Shown here in pieces: positions 58,372 through 64,000 of a stretch of 64,000 nucleotides of DNA. Source of the stretch: Halobacteriovoraceae bacterium (lineage in GTDB: Bacteria > Bdellovibrionota > Bacteriovoracia > Bacteriovoracales > Bacteriovoracaceae); assembly GCA_963719505.1 (NCBI GenBank), contig CAVRCF010000001.1, positions 704,001 to 768,000 on the forward strand, in the 5' to 3' direction. The translations under genes were made by a program, and so were the position numbers. The number at the start of each line of letters is the position of its first letter. The stretch's first letter is position 1. The notes beneath the pieces were generated by a model. That model saw only the letters and a list, made by a program, of their open reading frames with translations, ran no database searches and was not told the DNA's origin.

Positions 58372-59781
58372 ATGATGAAGAAAATAATAGCAATGATGTC
58401 TTTTGTCGCTGCCCTATGTGCCAGTGCCCACGAAGAACCAAACCCACTTATGCGAAAAGAGTGGACCTTAATCGTTAATGTTAAAGTTGAAAATTTCAAA
58501 ACAAAACTTAAAGAACTAAATGACCTCGATATGGATATTGCTGGAGTTGATGTAAAAGAAAATATCATCGATCTTCTTGTCAATGACCATCAGTACGAAG
58601 AATTGGTTTCAAGAGGTTATGCTGTGACCGTATCAGAGACTAAAGGTGTAACTAAAGGTCCTGATAGCGAATATAAAAACCCAGAGGAAATAGAAATCAT
58701 TATAAAAGATTTTCACGCAAGATATAGTGATATTACTCAGTTAGTTTCAATTGGAAAGTCACTAGAGGGAAGAGATATTTGGGCCTTAAAAATTTCGGAT
58801 GAACCAAAAGTGAACGATCTAAGTGAACCTGCAGTCCTATTCAATTCTATGCATCACGCTCGTGAAGTTATGACCCCAGAAGTTTCAATTGATATTATGG
58901 AATATCTTTTGACCAACTATAACTCAGACCCTCAGGTGACAAAGTGGGTGAATGAGACTCAGATTTGGGTTATCCCTATGTTTAATGTCGATGGCAATAA
59001 TAAAATGTGGAACTATGATTCTTATTGGAGAAAAAACGTAAGAGGTGGTTTTGGTGTCGATCTCAATAGAAATTATCCAACTGGCTGGGATTCATGTAAT
59101 GGCTCTAGCGGAAGCCAATCATCTCAAACATATAGAGGCGAAAGTCCTGCAAGTGAACCAGAAACCCAAGCGATGATGGCTTTTATAAAAGATATTCGAC
59201 CTGTTTTTGATATCTCTTATCACGCCTATAGCGAGCTTGTTATTTACCCATTTGGATGTGGTGACCAAAGAACACAAACGAAAGAAGTTGTAGAAAAAAT
59301 TGGAAATGAAGTCGCAACACTTCTGGATTATGATGGTGGTACGGCTTGGGAGCTTCTTTACAACGCTGATGGTGGAGATATTGACTGGATGTATGATGCT
59401 TATCAGGTTATCCCTTTTGTTATTGAATTAAATAATAGATGGGCTGGTTTTCATCCAAAGTTCAGTAAGTGGAGAGATAAAACTGTTGAGAGGAATAGAG
59501 TAGGATGGCAACATCTTTTAAAGCGAACATTCGAAAGTGGAATTAGAGGAATAGTTTCTACTGTGGATAGCCCTGTTTCAGACTTTAAGATTAAAGTTTA
59601 TAAAGTTATCAATGGTCAGAAAGAATTTTTTCAAAATTACGTTGGACATCAAACAGGTGCCTTTCACCTCGTGTTAAATCCAGGGGATTACTCTTTAGAA
59701 ATTATTATCGATAATAAAGTTGTAAAAGAAGTTAATTCATCGGTTCAAGCAACGTTAAAAAGAGTGATGATCGAGATTTAG
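58372..59781 (+). CDS. Secreted M14 zinc carboxypeptidase (carboxypeptidase T-like)
   Basis: Signal peptide from ATG 58372; HHARE, WRKN, GVDLNRN, SEPETQA, SYHAY, FVIEL. Confidence 0.93.
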   Translation: MMKKIIAMMSFVAALCASAHEEPNPLMRKEWTLIVNVKVENFKTKLKELNDLDMDIAGVDVKENIIDLLVNDHQYEELVSRGYAVTVSETKGVTKGPDSEYKNPEEIEIIIKDFHARYSDITQLVSIGKSLEGRDIWALKISDEPKVNDLSEPAVLFNSMHHAREVMTPEVSIDIMEYLLTNYNSDPQVTKWVNETQIWVIPMFNVDGNNKMWNYDSYWRKNVRGGFGVDLNRNYPTGWDSCNGSSGSQSSQTYRGESPASEPETQAMMAFIKDIRPVFDISYHAYSELVIYPFGCGDQRTQTKEVVEKIGNEVATLLDYDGGTAWELLYNADGGDIDWMYDAYQVIPFVIELNNRWAGFHPKFSKWRDKTVERNRVGWQHLLKRTFESGIRGIVSTVDSPVSDFKIKVYKVINGQKEFFQNYVGHQTGAFHLVLNPGDYSLEIIIDNKVVKEVNSSVQATLKRVMIEI

Positions 59782-59782
59782 T

Positions 59783-60190
59783 ATGATCAAACTTCCAGCT
59801 CTTCTTTTTGACCCTGAGTGCGGTCTCTGTGTGAGATTTACTCAAGGCCTGCGTCTTTTAGACAGATCTGGAAGTATTAGTATGGTTCCCATCACGGATG
59901 AGAGTATCTATGAAGAGTACTCCTCACTTACCTTTGAGGATTGTTCGGAGACGATTCATCTCATCGATGAGAATGGAGATTTTCACCGGGGACCAGATGT
60001 TATAGAGTTTTTGATAAAACAAATTCCTACAGTTTCTAAGCTTTCATGGTTAATTGAAAAAGGATCTTCTAAAAGGGCGATGGGCTCCTTTTACGATAAG
60101 GTCAATGAGATAAGAAAAAATAAAAAGAATGCACATGCACCCGGATGTGATGATTGTGGTACTCGTAGAAGTCGAAAGGTTGAAAAATGA
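59783..60190 (+). CDS. DCC1/DUF393-family thiol-disulfide oxidoreductase-like protein
   Basis: LFDPECGLC (DxxCxxC); additional C-terminal CDDC. Confidence 0.85.
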   Translation: MIKLPALLFDPECGLCVRFTQGLRLLDRSGSISMVPITDESIYEEYSSLTFEDCSETIHLIDENGDFHRGPDVIEFLIKQIPTVSKLSWLIEKGSSKRAMGSFYDKVNEIRKNKKNAHAPGCDDCGTRRSRKVEK

Positions 60191-61065
60191 AAATATTATT
60201 AATGGCACTGATGAGCTTAAATGCTTTTGCTGGATTTCCTGTTGTTAAATTTACAGGTCTCTATGGAGAGTTTGAAAATAGAGAAGGCATGGCTTATGCA
60301 AAAAGTGCTAAATATGATCTTGAGCAAGTGAAAATTTCTCATCAAGAGATTGAGGTCAAATTTAATAATAAAGTGAAAAATCTTGTTATTAGCGACAATA
60401 ATACAACAGTTGAATTAAAATTTGATTTTAGTTTTCTCAATGTTTTTCAATCTTTTAGCTTTGATGGCGTCTCTATGGAGTCCTCTGCTAAGGCTTTTGA
60501 TATGGCCATGGATAGACTTGCTTTACACATTAAACCTAAAGATTATAATGCAGAGGATTTGAAAGTTTCATCAGATCTAAGTGTTATCAACACAGATGAT
60601 TTACCCCCGGGCGATATAGACATTCTCGATGGATTTGTTCTAAATGGTGCCATAAGTTTTAAGAAGCTTTTATTTGGCAATGTCGATGCTCAAAATATCA
60701 TGCAGCAACTGATCGCTGAAAACCCACAAAGAGAGACAGAAATAAGAGAGTCCTTCACTGGTTTGAAGTCAATTCCTTTGAAGCTTAGAAATCTTAGGCT
60801 CTCAACTGATAAAGGCCGAATCACAGGTCAGGTCTTACTTGATTCTTGGATTAATGCCAATCTCTATATTGGAGGGCAGATGGTTCATCGAAAAAATGAA
60901 AATAATATTGAGATCAGGTTAACGAAGGCCAAGCTAGGCTACTTCTCCATTAGAAGACTCGTTTTAAGAGAGATTAGAGCTTTGCAAGTTGAAGCAATAA
61001 CAGTGCAGGGAAATCTTATTACAATTGATTTGGGTAAGGTTTTATCCACTTCGACTCTACGATAA
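60187..61065 (+). CDS. Secreted hypothetical protein
   Basis: Signal peptide MKILLMALMSLNAFA; beta-rich. Confidence 0.7.
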   Translation: MKILLMALMSLNAFAGFPVVKFTGLYGEFENREGMAYAKSAKYDLEQVKISHQEIEVKFNNKVKNLVISDNNTTVELKFDFSFLNVFQSFSFDGVSMESSAKAFDMAMDRLALHIKPKDYNAEDLKVSSDLSVINTDDLPPGDIDILDGFVLNGAISFKKLLFGNVDAQNIMQQLIAENPQRETEIRESFTGLKSIPLKLRNLRLSTDKGRITGQVLLDSWINANLYIGGQMVHRKNENNIEIRLTKAKLGYFSIRRLVLREIRALQVEAITVQGNLITIDLGKVLSTSTLR

Positions 61066-61609
61066 GAAAGAGTCTATAAATTGCCCAGCTAATAAAGAGA
61101 CCTAAAAGAGCTCCACAGATAACATCTAGGGGATAGTGTTTTCCTAGATATATTCTTGAGTAAGACACAATCGCTGCATAAATGAAAAGATACTTAAATT
61201 TTGATTTTTTACTTCTATAAAGAAGAAAGAAGAAAAATATAATACCAAATGTGCTCGTCGCATGACTGGAGACAAATCCATATTTTCCTCCGCCTCGTCC
61301 CTGTCCAGCTGTGTATACATTCCCCATGAGACTTGGTTCATGCATGGGCCTTAATCTTTTTATATTATCTTTAAATCCCTTCGTTGAGATACTGTCACAT
61401 AGACCAAAGACCATAAGTAAAAAGAGAAAGGGAATAAAGGCTTTTGCTTTATATTTTTTAAATGAGAAATAAAGAAAGAAAGCTAAAATAAGAAGAGGTG
61501 GAATAAAACTATAGGAAACAAAAAACATTACCTTATCCATCACCGGACTATTGAGATGATTGATAAAAAGAAAGAGTTTTGTGTCAATTGAGTTTATTAC
61601 TTCCAGCAT
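61019..61609 (-). CDS. PAP2-family membrane lipid phosphatase
   Basis: KxxxxRxRP (KDNIKRLRP), FVSSH, SRIYLGKHYPLD. Confidence 0.92.
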   Translation of the reverse strand: MLEVINSIDTKLFLFINHLNSPVMDKVMFFVSYSFIPPLLILAFFLYFSFKKYKAKAFIPFLFLLMVFGLCDSISTKGFKDNIKRLRPMHEPSLMGNVYTAGQGRGGGKYGFVSSHATSTFGIIFFFFLLYRSKKSKFKYLFIYAAIVSYSRIYLGKHYPLDVICGALLGLFISWAIYRLFLIVESKWIKPYPNQL

Positions 61610-61610
61610 T

Positions 61611-62339
61611 TTAATCTAGCATCCCAAATATCTTTCTGAGCCTAAGTTTTAAAACGGCAAAAACGGCTTCATAAACGATGCCACCACTCATTTTAGATTC
61701 ACCATCTCGTCTTTCTGTGAAAACAATCGGTACTTCTTTTACTCTTAAGCCTTTTGCCCAAATTTTAAAGTTAAGCTCTATTTGAAATGAATAACCATTT
61801 GAAAAAACGCGATCTAAATTTAGGCTTTCAAGACCTTTTCGAGAAAAGCACTTAAAGCCACCAGTGGCATCTAAAATGTTTAGACCTGTTATGATACGCG
61901 TGTAAACGCCAGCAAAGTAAGACAGCAGAAGTCTGTGCATCGGCCAATTTATAATACGGATTCCACCAATATAGCGAGAACCGATAACAAGTTCATGGGT
62001 TTGAGCGGCTTCTAAAAGTCTCGGAATGTCTTCTGGGTCATGAGAGAAGTCACAGTCCATTTCAAAGATAAATTGATACTCTCTGTCTAGTGCCCACTTA
62101 AAACCTGTAATATAAGCGGTCCCTAATCCAAGTTTACCCGTTCTCTCGATAATATTAATATGCTTATTCTCTTCCATAAATTTTTTCACGACCTCAGCCG
62201 TTCCATCGGGAGAGCCATCTTCAATAATGAGGATATCAAGATCCGGGTAGAGGGTCGTAATACGAGTGAGCATCTTTTCGATATTCATAATCTCGTTGTA
62301 AGTAGGAATGATGAGAAGGGATTGATTAAATGGCAACAT
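61611..62339 (-). CDS. Polyprenol monophosphomannose synthase-like GT2 (Dpm1/Ppm1)
   Basis: IIPTYNE, DGSPDGT, GKLGLGTAY, EMDCDFSHDP, IGSRY, DATGGF, GYSFQIE, GESKM. Confidence 0.9.
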   Translation of the reverse strand: MLPFNQSLLIIPTYNEIMNIEKMLTRITTLYPDLDILIIEDGSPDGTAEVVKKFMEENKHINIIERTGKLGLGTAYITGFKWALDREYQFIFEMDCDFSHDPEDIPRLLEAAQTHELVIGSRYIGGIRIINWPMHRLLLSYFAGVYTRIITGLNILDATGGFKCFSRKGLESLNLDRVFSNGYSFQIELNFKIWAKGLRVKEVPIVFTERRDGESKMSGGIVYEAVFAVLKLRLRKIFGMLD

Positions 62340-63295
62340 TAGAAAAGCTCTTTTGCTATATTATAGACGTTATCGGATTTTCCCATTGTGTAGTAGTGAA
62401 GACAGGGAACACCTTTTTCTTTTAATTCTTTGGATTGAGCGATACACCACTCGACACCCACCTGACGAATCTCTTCAGTATTTTTGCACTTCATGGCAGC
62501 TGAAACGAGGTCATCAGGAAGATCAATATGGAAGATACTAGGGAGAACTGTTAATTGAGTTGCCGTCGATAATGGTTTTAAACCTGGAATAATGGGGACA
62601 TTTATCCCAGCTGCTTTGCAGCGATCAACAAATTCAAAAAACTTAGTATTGTCAAAAAACATTTGAGTCACTATGTATTCAGCTCCAAGCTGAACTTTCT
62701 TTTTTAAAAAATCTAAGTCGACGTTGCAGTTTGGTGCTTCAAAATGTTTTTCCGGGTAGCCTGCAACTCCAATACAAAAATCTGTGGGAAAAGCATTTTC
62801 TACTTCGTAATTAAGATAGTCACCTTGATTCATGCTATGAATTTGACCGATAAGATCTGAGGCGTAATTATGTCCGTTCTCAACCGGTGTAAAACGTCCT
62901 TCCGACTTAATGGCATCCCCTCTAAGGGCGAGAACATTATCTACACCAAGAAATTGAAGATCAATAAGAGCGCTTTCGGTTTCTTGTTTAGTAAAGCCTC
63001 CACAAATAATATGGGGAACGGTGTCGACGTGAAATCTGTTCATTAATGCGGCACAAATACCAACAGTGCCAGGTCTTTTTCTCAAGGATACTTTTTCGAG
63101 GAGTCCGTTTTCTCTTTTCTTATACATGTACTCTTCACGGTGGTAGGTAACATCAATGAATTTGGGCTTAAACTCCATAAGAGGTTCAATGGCCGTAAAG
63201 AGCTTTTGAATTCCATGTCCTTTCATTGGTGGAAGGATTTCAAAAGAGAAAAGAGTCTCTTTTGCATTATCTAAGTGTTCTATTACCTTTGTCAT
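62339..63295 (-). CDS. metF: 5,10-methylenetetrahydrofolate reductase
   Basis: FSFEILPP, LALRGD, VAGYPEKH, VTQMFFD, PIIPG, LHYYTM; follows metH. Confidence 0.95.
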   Translation of the reverse strand: MTKVIEHLDNAKETLFSFEILPPMKGHGIQKLFTAIEPLMEFKPKFIDVTYHREEYMYKKRENGLLEKVSLRKRPGTVGICAALMNRFHVDTVPHIICGGFTKQETESALIDLQFLGVDNVLALRGDAIKSEGRFTPVENGHNYASDLIGQIHSMNQGDYLNYEVENAFPTDFCIGVAGYPEKHFEAPNCNVDLDFLKKKVQLGAEYIVTQMFFDNTKFFEFVDRCKAAGINVPIIPGLKPLSTATQLTVLPSIFHIDLPDDLVSAAMKCKNTEEIRQVGVEWCIAQSKELKEKGVPCLHYYTMGKSDNVYNIAKELF

Positions 63296-63306
63296 TTTTG
63301 TTACCT

Positions 63307-64000
63307 TTAAAGATCCATATTATAACGAAGCCATTTTTTCGCTTCTTCTAGATCATATCCTTTCTCTTGGGAATAAACTTTTACCTGTTCTTCAGTAATT
63401 TTTCCAACATTAAAGTATTTAGCTTCTGGGTGAGCAAAGTACCAACCCGACACAGAGCTGGCCGGAGTCATCGCACAAGACTCCGTTAGTTCAACACCAA
63501 TTCTGTGTGCATCTAAAAGCTTAAAGAGTTTCTTTTTCTCAGAGTGATCTGGACAGGCGGCATAGCCAGGAGCTGGTCTGATGCCTTTGTATTTTTCTCG
63601 TATAAGTTCCTCACTAGATAGACTTTCATCTTTGGCATATCCCCAATAGTCAGTTCTCACTTTTAGGTGAAGATACTCGGCAAAAGCCTCGGCCAATCTA
63701 TCGGCCAAAGCCTTAATCATAATAATGGCGTAGTCATCATTTTCTTTTTCATACTTCTGGATCAAAGTCTCAAGACCCAAGCCTGTTGTGACCACAAAGG
63801 CCCCAATATAATCAGTGACACCGGATTCTTTGGAAGCGATATAGTCAGAGAGGCATCTGTTTTTAGAGTTGGCCTCTTTCATCTGTCTTTGTGAGCGAAG
63901 CATATGCAAAGTCGTCTCTTTTAAAAAGATCATTTCATCGCGAGAGTTTGCCTCAAAAAAACCGAGCACCGCTTTATTTTTAACCTCGGGACAATCAATT
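63307..64000 (-). CDS. metH: Cobalamin-dependent methionine synthase, C-terminal activation domain (5' end outside window)
   Basis: CLSDYI, DYIGAFVVT, ALADRLAEAFAE, YKGIRPAPGYAACPDH, PASSVSGWYFAHP. Confidence 0.96.
   Translation of the reverse strand, partial: IDCPEVKNKAVLGFFEANSRDEMIFLKETTLHMLRSQRQMKEANSKNRCLSDYIASKESGVTDYIGAFVVTTGLGLETLIQKYEKENDDYAIIMIKALADRLAEAFAEYLHLKVRTDYWGYAKDESLSSEELIREKYKGIRPAPGYAACPDHSEKKKLFKLLDAHRIGVELTESCAMTPASSVSGWYFAHPEAKYFNVGKITEEQVKVYSQEKGYDLEEAKKWLRYNMDL

Noticed and set aside
7321-61065. 3' overlaps of convergent genes (7321-7369, 19636-19664, 26739-26764, 49327-49353, 61019-61065)
   Set aside because: Short tail-to-tail overlaps are ordinary in compact AT-rich genomes; no frameshift evidence

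Overview
AT-rich, gene-dense bacterial chromosomal segment. Gene content and style (tandem PopA-like major outer-membrane proteins, many secreted hydrolases and lipoproteins, FecR/RCC1/STAS proteins, sigma54- and sigma28-type promoters) suggest a predatory Bdellovibrionota member, Bacteriovorax/Halobacteriovorax-like; this taxonomy is inference. Housekeeping genes: groES-groEL, glutamate dehydrogenase, pfkA, gpmI, rlmH, rsfS, obgE, rpmA, rplU, an MltD-like transglycosylase, bfd-bfr, mtgA, trmL, pepA, an LptF/G permease, a QueD-like enzyme, a peptide ABC transporter, an HtrA protease, psd, manC, mgtE, an M14 peptidase, a PAP2 phosphatase, a Dpm1-like GT2, metF and the 3' end of metH. No rRNA, tRNA, CRISPR array or mobile element was recognised. 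Most notable observations: (1) two sigma54 promoters 25 kb apart share a 16/17-identical upstream box plus an IHF-like site; one drives a surface lipoprotein/beta-barrel pair inserted between rpmA and obgE, the other an unannotated short RNA with CsrA/RsmE-type GGA hairpins; (2) a FecR-FN3-beta-barrel protein and a vWA-RCC1 lipoprotein sit divergently from a PP2C/kinase-STAS-histidine kinase-response regulator partner-switching cluster; (3) many genes have a -10 box only 6-8 nt before the ATG, i.e. look leaderless, including three with sigma28-type promoters; (4) a large protein with 42-aa repeats and a PilZ-like C-terminus; (5) a PAP2 + Dpm1-like pair that could serve lipid A mannosylation. 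All calls were made by eye, without database searches.
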